From a virus (Duplodnaviria; Caudoviricetes), in IMG/VR virus record IMGVR_UViG_3300017987_000091, positions 1 through 63,384 of that record: a DNA stretch of 63,384 bases; one strand, 5' to 3'. Below, piece by piece: positions 27,038 to 36,027 of this stretch; the stretch's first letter is position 1, and the number at the start of each line of letters is the position of its first letter. The notes under the pieces were generated by a model. It did not search any database. It was not told where the DNA came from and saw only the letters and a program-made list of their open reading frames with translations. The translations under genes were made by a program, and so were the position numbers.

Positions 27038-27715
27038 TCACTTCGCCTTCACCTTCGTGGCGCTGGTATCTGACGGCCAGCCACCAGCGATCAAGGTCGT
27101 CAACAGCGCCTTCAACGCGGCCCCCCCGTCGTTGGCCACTGGCGTCCATGCCGTGAACTGTGCCGCCAGCTGCGTCCAGTTCTGATCGTTCACTGACGAC
27201 AGGGCCACGAAGTCGGTGGCCGTGCTGTCGCCCAGCAGCACCGGGTTCCCGCGAAGCACCGGCGAACCGCTGCTGAACGCTTCGCTGGCCAGCTTGTCAG
27301 GCTTCGCCCTGGTGCCGGGGTAGAACCAGGCGTCGGTCAGGTCGTGCCGCCGTGGATCCTGCGGTTCGTTGCTGTCCTTCCCGGTGGTGAACCATTCGTC
27401 AATGCTGCGTTCACAGAACACCAGCATGCCGTGATCCCCACTTGCCAGCGGCATCGTCAGGGAACCGCTGCCCCCCACCATCCAGGCCACCGGCACGTTG
27501 GCGATGGCCGGCGGATCGTGGAAGACGAAGGCTTCTTCATCTTCGTCCCAGTGTTTGAAACGGATCGCCGGCCTGGCCGTCACCGTCTGCAGCGCACTGT
27601 CGTAGCTTTCCACCACCGCCGGGATCGCAGTGTGGACCATGGCCAGGGCAGCACGGATCGCTTCCTTCACCACGTCGGCGAAGCTGGGGATCGCTGACTG
27701 GTCCTTGTCGGTCAT
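27038..27715 (-). CDS. Baseplate spike (Gp138 N-terminal-like)
   Basis: HTAIPAVVESYD...NVPV...GDHGMLVFCERSIDEW...RRHDLTDA. Confidence 0.85.
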   Translation of the reverse strand: MTDKDQSAIPSFADVVKEAIRAALAMVHTAIPAVVESYDSALQTVTARPAIRFKHWDEDEEAFVFHDPPAIANVPVAWMVGGSGSLTMPLASGDHGMLVFCERSIDEWFTTGKDSNEPQDPRRHDLTDAWFYPGTRAKPDKLASEAFSSGSPVLRGNPVLLGDSTATDFVALSSVNDQNWTQLAAQFTAWTPVANDGGAALKALLTTLIAGGWPSDTSATKVKAK

Positions 27716-28536
27716 GCCGCTGCACCCCGTAGCTTTCCGCTGGCGATCACATAGAAGGGATTGTCAAAACCAGAATCCCCCTGGAACTGCACGTCCTTGG
27801 CGGTGTAGGCGCCGGCTTCGTAGTCACCTTCCACCACGTAGTTGCGCCCCGGCCTGATGTTCGGCGCGATCAGGCCGGTGACTTCCACCAGGTCGTCGTC
27901 CTTGCGCTTCGGCCGGCCGATCAGGTTCCCGGTCACGGGGCTGAATACCACCACGTTGGGTTCCCCGGTGTCGCCGTCCTTCGGCACGATCTGCAGCGTG
28001 CCATCACTGATCCACCAGCCGGCTTCGTTCATCAGCGCGATCCGATCCAGCAGTACGTGCGCCGGCCCGCTGTAGGCGAAGCCCTTGGAAAGTCGCTGAT
28101 CGTCGTCCACCTGGATGGTGCCAGGCACCAGGCCAAGCTGCGCCTGGGCTTCGGCCAGGATCTGGGCCACGCTGGTTTCGGTGCTGAAGCTGATGTTGAC
28201 GTGCGCGGCCTGGTATTCCCGGCCGCCGTCCTGGGCTTCGATCGTCAGGATCCGATCCACGGTGTCCTTGGCTTCGTCCACGCCCTTCTTCACGGGGTTG
28301 CCCCTGAAGATCAGCTGGGGCACTTCGTGGCCGGCGAACAGCTGGACGATCGCCCCCTTTTCCTGGGCCAGCGATGCCGTGTCTTCTGGGGGGTTGTACA
28401 CCGTGATCTTGGCCTTGTTCGGCGTTCCTGTCGGGGTGTGCTTCACGTCGAAGACGGTGCGCAGGTTGGACCAGGACTGGCCGGCTTCGCCGACCTTGCC
28501 GATCTGGACCGTCACCTGGCGCTGCCACAGCGTCAT
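27712..28536 (-). CDS. Baseplate hub protein
   Basis: PNKAKITVYN, LFAGH...IFRG, WWISDGTLQI, GNLIGRP; ATGA coupling. Confidence 0.8.
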   Translation of the reverse strand: MTLWQRQVTVQIGKVGEAGQSWSNLRTVFDVKHTPTGTPNKAKITVYNPPEDTASLAQEKGAIVQLFAGHEVPQLIFRGNPVKKGVDEAKDTVDRILTIEAQDGGREYQAAHVNISFSTETSVAQILAEAQAQLGLVPGTIQVDDDQRLSKGFAYSGPAHVLLDRIALMNEAGWWISDGTLQIVPKDGDTGEPNVVVFSPVTGNLIGRPKRKDDDLVEVTGLIAPNIRPGRNYVVEGDYEAGAYTAKDVQFQGDSGFDNPFYVIASGKLRGAAA

Positions 28537-28886
28537 GCTGACACCCTCAGCGGGAATTCGGGGGTTTCCGCTGCCGGCAGTTCGTCTTCTTCGTAGTACA
28601 CCAGCCGCACCGAATCCCCGAAGTCTTCCCGCCGGTAGGGATCCTTTCCGCTGGCGATGATCATGCCTTCGGGCCCCGTGGGCAGCGACAGGTCCAACAG
28701 CGGCCCGTAGCCAGGGGAAACCCTGCGCCCCAGCGCCACGGCGACGCCGGCGGCCGTGTACACGTCCAGGTACCAGGCGCGGCACCGTTCCCGCCAGGTC
28801 AGCGTGATCCTGAACTTGCCGTCCCCCAGTGGGACCGTTTGCCAGTCGTGGGGCTTCACCGGGAACGCTTTGATCGCTTGGCCCAT
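28533..28886 (-). CDS. Small baseplate protein
   Basis: LTWRERCRAWYLDV...LVYY pattern; position between tube initiator and hub. Confidence 0.7.
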   Translation of the reverse strand: MGQAIKAFPVKPHDWQTVPLGDGKFRITLTWRERCRAWYLDVYTAAGVAVALGRRVSPGYGPLLDLSLPTGPEGMIIASGKDPYRREDFGDSVRLVYYEEDELPAAETPEFPLRVSA

Positions 28887-29431
28887 TATTTGCGCCCCCC
28901 CGTCAGGTTGAACAGCTTGCTGGTCAGGTTGCTGTCGGTTTCGCTGTCGGTGGTTTCGGTGGCCTGTTCCCCGCTGTCGCTGCTGTTGTCGCTACCACCT
29001 TCCACCCTGGCCAGCGGTGCCAGGATCACGGTGCCGATGGACGCGATCTGCACCTGCTGGAATTCCAGATCGTACACGTGGCGATCCACCAGGTCGTCGG
29101 TGAACGGGGCCCGCAGCAGGACGCAGTTCGTAAACGTCCCCCGCTTCGTGGTCGTCACCGTCAGCCGGTGCCCCAGGCAATCCCGCAGGAATTCCACCGC
29201 CTTCTGCATGCGCTGGGGGCTGATTTCGCCGGGGGTGTTCAGGTAGGGGCTGCGGCCCAGCAGGGCCCGAACGAAGATCATCTGGTTGCCCACCTGGACG
29301 TGATCGCTGACTTCGTTGCCATCGGCGATCGGGTGCTGCGTCGGCGCGGCCGGCTGATCAAACCGTTCATCCAGCACCGTGTCGAAGATCAGCTGCTGGC
29401 CGGTTTCCGTGTCCAGGATGGTGAACGGCAT
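28886..29431 (-). CDS. Dit-like tail tube initiator
   Basis: PTQHPIADGNEVSDHV motif; follows the tape measure gene. Confidence 0.75.
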   Translation of the reverse strand: MPFTILDTETGQQLIFDTVLDERFDQPAAPTQHPIADGNEVSDHVQVGNQMIFVRALLGRSPYLNTPGEISPQRMQKAVEFLRDCLGHRLTVTTTKRGTFTNCVLLRAPFTDDLVDRHVYDLEFQQVQIASIGTVILAPLARVEGGSDNSSDSGEQATETTDSETDSNLTSKLFNLTGGRK

Positions 29432-29434
29432 CTG

Positions 29435-31135
29435 CTACCCTTCCCCCCCGCCCAGCGTGGCCATGGCGTCGCGCTTTTCGCGTTCCTGGGCGTTGCGCAC
29501 CAGGGATTCGGCCCCCTGCTGATCGATCCCGGTGTTGTGGAAGTGGTAGGTGCCGCCAACGTAGGACATGCCCCCCATGGGGCCGCCGGCGGCAGCTGGT
29601 GCCGGCCCTATGTTGACGCCCATCTGTTCAGGGAAGAACACGGGGGCCAGGAAGTCGAAGGCCTTGGAAAGCCAGGGCACCGCGTCCATGCCTTCCCTGA
29701 ATTCCCTGAAGAATTTTTTGATCGCTTTCCCGATCCTGGTCCACTGCGTCTTGAAGTTCGCCAGTCCCAGCATGATCGCGTCGATCGTCCAGGCTATGGC
29801 TTCCAAGGTCCACAGCAGGCCCTGTTCAGCCAGATAGTTCATTTCTTTGAAGCCGGCGCCCCAGTTATCCCTGAACCGTTCGAAGTGGAAGATCGCTTCG
29901 TCCACCCCTTCGGCCCAGCCTATTTGTTTGAAGGTTTCCCCGATCTGTTCGGTGGTGCGGGCCAGGGCCCCCAGGGCCCCGTCAGCTTCCCGGTTTTTTT
30001 CAATGAACCGGCCCATGGCCGATTCCCCACCCTTCAGGTACACGTACAGATCTTCGAAGATCAGATAGATCCCGCCCAGCACCAGGCCTATGCCCAGGAT
30101 CCCCTTCAAGAAGGCCGCAACCCACAGCAGGGAAACACCCCTGGCGGCCGCGAAGGTCACCACCAGGGCCCGCATGGCCTTGATCGTCTTCCACAGGTTG
30201 TAGATCACCTGCGCCATCTTCGCGCCGGCCAGGAACACCAGCAGCTTGAACACGCGGTCCATGGCCTTGCCCCAGCCACCTGTTGCCTGCACCACGCTGT
30301 CAATGGTGCGCGCTGTAGCGATCAGCCTGCGCAGGTTTTTGTCCACCCGCTTCAGCCACACGTCCAGCCGTTCCTGCACGATTTCCCGGTTGATCTTCCA
30401 CCATTCCCTGAAGCGTCGGATCGCGTCGATCAGCACCGGCATCAGGGCCACCCCCACGGTGTTGCGCACCCCGATCATGACGGCCTTCAGCGTCAGCAGT
30501 TCGTTCCTGAATTCGGCCGTGGTTTCCAGGGCTTCCCTATCCATCACGATGCCTGTGGCCCTGGCTTCTTCCCGCAGCCGTTCCATTTCTTCGCTGCCGT
30601 GCTTCAGCATCGTGACCATCTGCACCCCTTCGCTATCGAATAGCTTGAAGGCGATTCGCAGCAGCTGGCCTTCGTCCTTCACGTTCTTCATGGCGTCGGC
30701 CACCTGGTTCAGCAGGTCGTCGGCTTCGCGAAGCTTTCCGCTGCTGTCGGTCAGCTGGATCCCCAGTTCGGCCAGTGTGTCCTTGGCTTCCCCCGTGCCG
30801 GCGCTGGCTTCTGCAGCGCGACGCAGGAACCGCTGAAGGCCCATTGTCAGGGTGCGCTGTTCGATCCCCACCATGGCGCCGGCGTAGCGGTATTCTTGCA
30901 GGGCGTCGGTGGCAATGTTCAGCTTGTCGGCGGCCTGCAGGATTTCAAAACCATATTCCCCGGTTTTATAAACCAGGTACCCCATGGCCCCGCTGACGGC
31001 GGTGATACCAAGGACCAGCTGGCCGGCCGACTTCTTCAGGGCTTCGAAGTTCCGATCAAACCGCGCCAGCGCCTTGTCGTCGGCGTCCACGCCCAGCTTG
31101 ACAAGCAGTTCCCTGATGGTGGTGGGCGCAGGCAT
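29435..31135 (-). CDS. Tape measure protein
   Basis: IRELLVKLG N-terminus, helical with hydrophobic segments; follows the chaperone genes. Confidence 0.85.
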   Translation of the reverse strand: MPAPTTIRELLVKLGVDADDKALARFDRNFEALKKSAGQLVLGITAVSGAMGYLVYKTGEYGFEILQAADKLNIATDALQEYRYAGAMVGIEQRTLTMGLQRFLRRAAEASAGTGEAKDTLAELGIQLTDSSGKLREADDLLNQVADAMKNVKDEGQLLRIAFKLFDSEGVQMVTMLKHGSEEMERLREEARATGIVMDREALETTAEFRNELLTLKAVMIGVRNTVGVALMPVLIDAIRRFREWWKINREIVQERLDVWLKRVDKNLRRLIATARTIDSVVQATGGWGKAMDRVFKLLVFLAGAKMAQVIYNLWKTIKAMRALVVTFAAARGVSLLWVAAFLKGILGIGLVLGGIYLIFEDLYVYLKGGESAMGRFIEKNREADGALGALARTTEQIGETFKQIGWAEGVDEAIFHFERFRDNWGAGFKEMNYLAEQGLLWTLEAIAWTIDAIMLGLANFKTQWTRIGKAIKKFFREFREGMDAVPWLSKAFDFLAPVFFPEQMGVNIGPAPAAAGGPMGGMSYVGGTYHFHNTGIDQQGAESLVRNAQEREKRDAMATLGGGEG

Positions 31136-31138
31136 CAG

Positions 31139-31480
31139 CTACCCCTTCCAGTGCTTTCGCATGCGGGGGCCCCTGCTGCTGCCCTTCGGGCGTGGCCGCG
31201 GTGGCGTGTTGCCTGGGATGTTGTCAGACGGTCCCAGTTCGTTCAAAAGGTCCAGGACATGCTGCGCTTCCACCAGGTCGGCGAAGGTCCACCTGTGGCG
31301 AATTTCCCAAAGGCCATCTGGGATCGCTTGGCTGATCACTACCCTCCACTCCCACAGGTTTACCCCTTCAAGGACTGCCGTTCTGATCGCCGTTTCCTGG
31401 CGCTGGCGTTCGATGCTTCGGCCTTCAGCATCTGCATCCCCAGATCCAGCCCCTTGGATATACCTGAAAGCGGAAAAAAA
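31139..31480 (-). CDS. Tail assembly chaperone -1 frameshift extension (gpGT-like)
   Basis: T-TTT-TTT slippery heptamer at 31474-31480; the -1 frame gives FFSAF...WTFADLVEAQHVLD. Confidence 0.7.
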   Translation of the reverse strand, partial: FFSAFRYIQGAGSGDADAEGRSIERQRQETAIRTAVLEGVNLWEWRVVISQAIPDGLWEIRHRWTFADLVEAQHVLDLLNELGPSDNIPGNTPPRPRPKGSSRGPRMRKHWKG

Positions 31481-31965
31481 CCGTTCAGATCTATCCCCTT
31501 CCATACCGCCTTCACCAGCTCCCAATAGTTGCCGGTGTAGGCCGCATTGAATTCCAGTTCCACGGCCAGCTTCTTGCCGTCGCGCGTCGTGCGCTTCAGC
31601 AGATCGGTGGTCAGTTCGGCCATGGCCAGGTCCAGGATCGCGTTCTTCAGATCGCGGCCCACCCGGCCCACGTCGATCTTCCCCTGCACCTTCTGCAGCG
31701 TCGGCGCCAGGCCGCCGTCCATGTCCAGGTCGGCGAATATGTCCTTGGTGTTGAAGGCCGCGTCAGCCAGGCCAGCCAGGGGTTCAGCAGCAGCAGCGTA
31801 CAGCTTCCACATGATCCGCTGTCCTTCTGCTGCTGGATGCAGCACCATGCTGTATTCGTGCGGGTTTCCGTCCTTGTCGGTCAGCTGGAACCGTTCCAGG
31901 TTCGGGATCTTGTCCAGGGCCTGGTCATGTTCCGGCATGGCATCGGTTCCCATGTTCTCCCCCAT
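31360..31965 (-). CDS. Tail assembly chaperone (gpG-like)
   Basis: Between tube and tape measure genes; FNAAYTGNY...NGFF. Confidence 0.75.
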   Translation of the reverse strand: MGENMGTDAMPEHDQALDKIPNLERFQLTDKDGNPHEYSMVLHPAAEGQRIMWKLYAAAAEPLAGLADAAFNTKDIFADLDMDGGLAPTLQKVQGKIDVGRVGRDLKNAILDLAMAELTTDLLKRTTRDGKKLAVELEFNAAYTGNYWELVKAVWKGIDLNGFFPLSGISKGLDLGMQMLKAEASNASARKRRSERQSLKG

Positions 31966-32040
31966 GGGGTACCTCCCTGCGTTGGGGTTCGGCTGGGATG
32001 CAGTCCCAGCAAGTTGTCAACGCTGCCACCACGGCAGCGA

Positions 32041-32499
32041 CTAAACCACGTTCAGCAACCCGTAGGTGCGTTTCGGCTTGTTCAGCTTCAGCCTGAAGAC
32101 ACGTTCCCCGGCGGTGCGCCCCTTCGTCTGGGGGGGCCGCGCCATGAAGGTGGTGTACAGGGAAAGGCAGCTGTCGCCGGTGCTGCTGCATTTCATGGCG
32201 AACGGCAGCGGTGTGATCGGCGTGCCGGCCGCCACGGCCAGCAGCTGGGCTTCCAGCAGCAAGATCAGATCCCGGTAGGCCTTGGAGGTTTCCATCAGGC
32301 TGATATTGCAGTACACGTCGTGGTTGTTCACCCGGCTGCTGACGCTTTCGCCGTCGCTGCCAACCTGATCTTCAAACAGGTCGCCACCTTCTTCGTATTC
32401 GATCCCGCCGTCTTCGCTGTAGCCGCTGACGACAACGGGGCCCACCGACACGAAGCACGTGGCCAGGTTGTAGGTTTTATTGACTTCGGGGCTTGTCAT
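32041..32499 (-). CDS. Tail tube protein (DUF3277-like)
   Basis: KTYN...VGSDGE...ISLMETS; follows the sheath. Confidence 0.8.
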   Translation of the reverse strand: MTSPEVNKTYNLATCFVSVGPVVVSGYSEDGGIEYEEGGDLFEDQVGSDGESVSSRVNNHDVYCNISLMETSKAYRDLILLLEAQLLAVAAGTPITPLPFAMKCSSTGDSCLSLYTTFMARPPQTKGRTAGERVFRLKLNKPKRTYGLLNVV

Positions 32500-32516
32500 C
32501 GGTCAGTACCTCCCTG

Positions 32517-33599
32517 TTAGGCCGCTTCGGGCAGTGCGGTGGTGCCCAGGTACACGTTCACCTGGAAGACACGTGCGTTGGTGGTCAGCTGTCCTTCAAC
32601 CGTGAACCGCAGCCGCTTGGCCGCGATATCGGTGGCGTCGGGGGTGATCGGCGTCACCCGTGTCTGGTCCTTCACGAAGTGGTTGGCCGCTTCCCCCTGG
32701 GACAGCAGGCCGCTGATGATCCCCGCGGTTTCGTTGCTGCCGCTGGGATCCACGTTGATCTTTTCGTGCTTCGCGGCCTTTTCCGCCACCCTGGCGATCA
32801 GCCGTTCCCGCAGCCGCGTCTTGAACCAGTCGGCCGTCACAATGTGATCGATCGGCCTGGCCGCGCAGTTCCAGCCACCGGAAACCCAGCTGTTTGACGT
32901 GCCGAATTCGCACAGCACGTTCACTTCGTTGCCTTCGGCGAAGGCCAGCTGGCCGGCGGTCAGGGCCGTGGTGTAGGCCGCCACTTCGTTGACGTTGCCT
33001 TCAAAGGCCCCAGACAAGTAGTCAGGATCGACGTTCAGCCGGTCCACCATCCAGCACAGCGCCATATTCTCGGCCGCGATGTCGTGGTAGGCGACGCAGC
33101 TGCGTTCCCTGTTTTCCAGGGCCGTCAGCGTCGCGGGGTAGTCCACGGTCAGCCAGTCGGCATCTGCTGACTGCAGGCCGCTGATGTAGAAGTCATAGCC
33201 TTCCAGGGCTGCGCTGACTTCCAGGATTTCGGTGGCCGTGCGCTTGTCCAGCGCCACGCCGTAGAATTCGGCACCGGCCGCGATGCAGGCCGCCAGGCCG
33301 TCGTCGTAGCCTTCGGCGCCCCCGGTGTCCACCCGGCCCACCAGGATTTCCTGCGGGATCGGCCGCTGGGCAAAACCATCGGTGAGCGCCTGGGCGACTT
33401 CGGCGGTGATATAGCCGGCCGTTTCGTCGTCGTCCACGTCGGTGGTGCTGTTGTAGGTTCTGAAGCGGTCACCGTTCAGGGCGTTGCCCGTCCCCTGCGC
33501 TTCGTCCACCAGGTACAGCACTGTGCTGAAGGTCGCACCCTGGCCCACGACTGGGGCAAGGTACACGTTGATCACGATGTTGCTTTCGCCGTATGCCAT
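32517..33599 (-). CDS. Tail sheath protein (DUF3383-like)
   Basis: FAQRPIPQEILVGR, IDHIVTADWF, DIAAKRLR; synteny. Confidence 0.8.
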   Translation of the reverse strand: MAYGESNIVINVYLAPVVGQGATFSTVLYLVDEAQGTGNALNGDRFRTYNSTTDVDDDETAGYITAEVAQALTDGFAQRPIPQEILVGRVDTGGAEGYDDGLAACIAAGAEFYGVALDKRTATEILEVSAALEGYDFYISGLQSADADWLTVDYPATLTALENRERSCVAYHDIAAENMALCWMVDRLNVDPDYLSGAFEGNVNEVAAYTTALTAGQLAFAEGNEVNVLCEFGTSNSWVSGGWNCAARPIDHIVTADWFKTRLRERLIARVAEKAAKHEKINVDPSGSNETAGIISGLLSQGEAANHFVKDQTRVTPITPDATDIAAKRLRFTVEGQLTTNARVFQVNVYLGTTALPEAA

Positions 33600-33612
33600 G
33601 GCTCACTCCCTG

Positions 33613-34182
33613 TTAGACATTAAAGTCCCACGTTCCGGTCAGGTCGCTGGGGGTGCTGGCGAAGTCAAACTGCACCTGCACCAGTTCCATCGCGGTGGCC
33701 GCCTGCTGTGCGGTCAGCACCGCGTAAAAGATTTCGAATTCCTGCAAGTACCGCGGCATGATCCTGGTGGAGCTCGGCCCATGCAGCAGGCTGGACAAGT
33801 CCTGCAGCCCACCGAAGGGTTCCAACCACACCAGGCCCGTTTCCATCAGGGCGATCGTCGCTGGAAGACGCAGCTGCGACTTCATGCGGGTGATCCATTC
33901 AGCGGCCGCACTGCCCCAGGCGTTCATTGACAAGGTGCCCCGGCGCTGGCCCCGCTGCCGCAGTTTGCTTTCGTCGGTCGGTGGGGTGCCCACCACCTGG
34001 TTGATCACTTCGTCGTGGCCCACAACCACGTCGGCCAGCGGCACCCTGACGGAAATGCAAGGGGGGGACGGCCTCGGGGCCTTCTGATCTTCGGCGTACA
34101 CCTGGGCGGCCGTCAGGCCGGCGTTGGTGCCCATCAGCACGTTGCGCGCGACGGTGTAGATCAGGGTGCGGATTTCGTCCAT
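33613..34182 (-). CDS. Neck/tail terminator protein
   Basis: DQKAPRP motif; position before the sheath. Confidence 0.65.
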   Translation of the reverse strand: MDEIRTLIYTVARNVLMGTNAGLTAAQVYAEDQKAPRPSPPCISVRVPLADVVVGHDEVINQVVGTPPTDESKLRQRGQRRGTLSMNAWGSAAAEWITRMKSQLRLPATIALMETGLVWLEPFGGLQDLSSLLHGPSSTRIMPRYLQEFEIFYAVLTAQQAATAMELVQVQFDFASTPSDLTGTWDFNV

Positions 34183-34541
34183 CACGCCACCACTTCGTCC
34201 AGGCGCACCAGCTTGTATTTGCCGTGCGGGATCAGCTTTCGCTGCCCTTGCCACTGGCGCACTTCGTACCAGATCCCGTCCACTTCCACGTTGTCGGGAA
34301 CCACCTGCGGGGTGGCCCGTTCGTCCAGGGTGCGGATCGCGGCCTTCGTGTACAGCTTCTTCACGTCGGTGTGCCGTTCGCCTTCGGGCAAGGTCAGCAT
34401 TTCCCGATCGTTCAGGGGCTGGACGCTGCCGAAGAAGTAGGCGTCAGCCGGCAGCTGGTCGCCGGTGTACAGGCCGTCAGCGTCCCAGCTCCCGACGCTG
34501 AAGCGACGCCGGCGCAGCCGTTCCTGTCCCAGCACCGTCAT
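34182..34541 (-). CDS. Head closure/head-tail adaptor
   Basis: SVQPL...LPEGER...KLYT...DGIWYEV. Confidence 0.75.
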   Translation of the reverse strand: MTVLGQERLRRRRFSVGSWDADGLYTGDQLPADAYFFGSVQPLNDREMLTLPEGERHTDVKKLYTKAAIRTLDERATPQVVPDNVEVDGIWYEVRQWQGQRKLIPHGKYKLVRLDEVVA

Positions 34542-35056
34542 GACGCCACCCCCTTGCTGCTGGGCTTGAATTCGTAGTGGATCGATTCGATCAGGGGCCC
34601 CTTGTCCACCAGGGGGTTGCTGCTGCCCTTGCGCTCTATCGTCGCCGGCGCGTTGGGGGGTTCCCGCAGCGTCCTGATCTTCCGTCGCACGTCAGCGGCC
34701 GCACGTTCCCCCACCTTGCTGAACCCGAAGCGGATCGTGTGCTTCCCCATGATTTCGTCGTCGATCGCCTTCAGCAGCAGCTTGAAGTACCTTTCCCGCC
34801 GTTCGTCCACTGTGCTGCGAAGGAAGGACCGTTCAGGAACCCGGATCGTGATCGCCCCGCTGCGGCCGTGCACGATGCCGGTGCCGAATTCGTTATAGGT
34901 GCCGTATTCGGCCACGGTGGCCTTGGAACCGTCAGGCTTCTTCGATCCCTTTTCGCGGGTGATCCCGACCAGGATATAGGGATCCTTCGACAGCTGGGCC
35001 ATGGCCTTCATCAGCTGCTTGTATCCCTTGTCCTTGTCCAGCACCCTGTTCGTCAT
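34538..35056 (-). CDS. Neck/tail completion protein
   Basis: YNEFGT...PERSFLR...PPNAPATIERKGSSNPLVDKG. Confidence 0.8.
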   Translation of the reverse strand: MTNRVLDKDKGYKQLMKAMAQLSKDPYILVGITREKGSKKPDGSKATVAEYGTYNEFGTGIVHGRSGAITIRVPERSFLRSTVDERRERYFKLLLKAIDDEIMGKHTIRFGFSKVGERAAADVRRKIRTLREPPNAPATIERKGSSNPLVDKGPLIESIHYEFKPSSKGVAS

Positions 35057-35066
35057 GGTCCCTTTC

Positions 35067-35474
35067 CTACGTGATCGGGATCGTTATGTGCTGGGCCGAT
35101 CGGCTGGACCGTCCCTTGCGCAGCTGCAGGTACCTGCGGCCGTACACCGTTTCCATCAGTTCGCCATCGGCCACCGACGCCAGCGAACGGCCGCCGGCGC
35201 CGTACCCTTCGGCCAGGTCGCCGGCCTTGCGATTGATCACCGGGCCGGCCTTCCCGGTTTCACCGGCGATCAGTTCGTCAGCCAGCCCCACCCCCATCTG
35301 CTTCATAACGTGCGCGGCGTAGTAGCACATGGCCTGCACGTACACCGAAGATCCCCAGCCGTTGGGGTCGTGCGCCTGGGCGGCCGCGGTCAGCTGGATG
35401 GTGACCACCGGATCTTCCACGTGCTCAAATTCGGGGCACAGCGCGCGGAACGTTTCCAGGCTGGTCGCTGTCAC
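35067..35474 (-). CDS. Head-tail connector (DUF4054-like)
   Basis: FRALCPEF...YYAAH...TVYGRRYLQL. Confidence 0.8.
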   Translation of the reverse strand: MTATSLETFRALCPEFEHVEDPVVTIQLTAAAQAHDPNGWGSSVYVQAMCYYAAHVMKQMGVGLADELIAGETGKAGPVINRKAGDLAEGYGAGGRSLASVADGELMETVYGRRYLQLRKGRSSRSAQHITIPIT

Positions 35475-35477
35475 CTG

Positions 35478-35795
35478 CTACCCCCGCTGGACCGTGATCA
35501 CGTTCAGGTCGTTGACCAGGCCCTGCACCCGCAGATCCTGTTCAAAGTGCCACCACTTCTCGGCGTCCACGTCCACCACCGGGGGACGCACGCCGGGGTT
35601 GTCGTTGCCCCTGTCGTCGTCCGATCCCAGGATGATCCGAAGCACGCTGGGCTTTCCGTCATCCAGGATCACGGGGTCGCCAGCCTTGATCCCCTTGTCG
35701 GGATCCGCCTTGCGGTGCAGTTCCGTACATTCCAGTGTGATTTCGCCGCGGTCGCGGCTGGTCAGCCTTACCTTCCCACGTGGTACTTCTGACAT
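35478..35795 (-). CDS. Hypothetical protein
   Basis: 105-aa ORF with AAGGA RBS after the capsid gene. Confidence 0.6.
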   Translation of the reverse strand: MSEVPRGKVRLTSRDRGEITLECTELHRKADPDKGIKAGDPVILDDGKPSVLRIILGSDDDRGNDNPGVRPPVVDVDAEKWWHFEQDLRVQGLVNDLNVITVQRG

Positions 35796-35799
35796 GTCG

Positions 35800-36025
35800 C
35801 TGTCCTTTCCTTCCCCCGACAGCTACCGGGGTTTGATGGCCAGCCGGGTGATGCTGCACCGGCCAGCCTGGTGTTGGCCCTTGCGGGCCGTGGGTTGCGG
35901 GGGACTGGGGCCACCATGACGCCACCCCCGCGGTATCGTCCAACCCGTGTGGTGGGGGAACCGCCGGCGGTCACGTCGCTGCCGGCGGCCCCCCCGCCTT
36001 CACGGGGAAGGGTTCAGACCGCTAC
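35800..36025 (-). ncRNA. Candidate structured RNA downstream of the major capsid gene
   Basis: About five consecutive GC stems, including GGCCC-GCAA-GGGCC (GNRA loop); no U-tract. Confidence 0.35.
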
Positions 36026-36027
36026 CC

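Noticed and set aside
26901-27038. 45-aa ORF between spike and wedge genes
   Set aside because: No recognisable features; cannot be told apart from a non-coding spacer.
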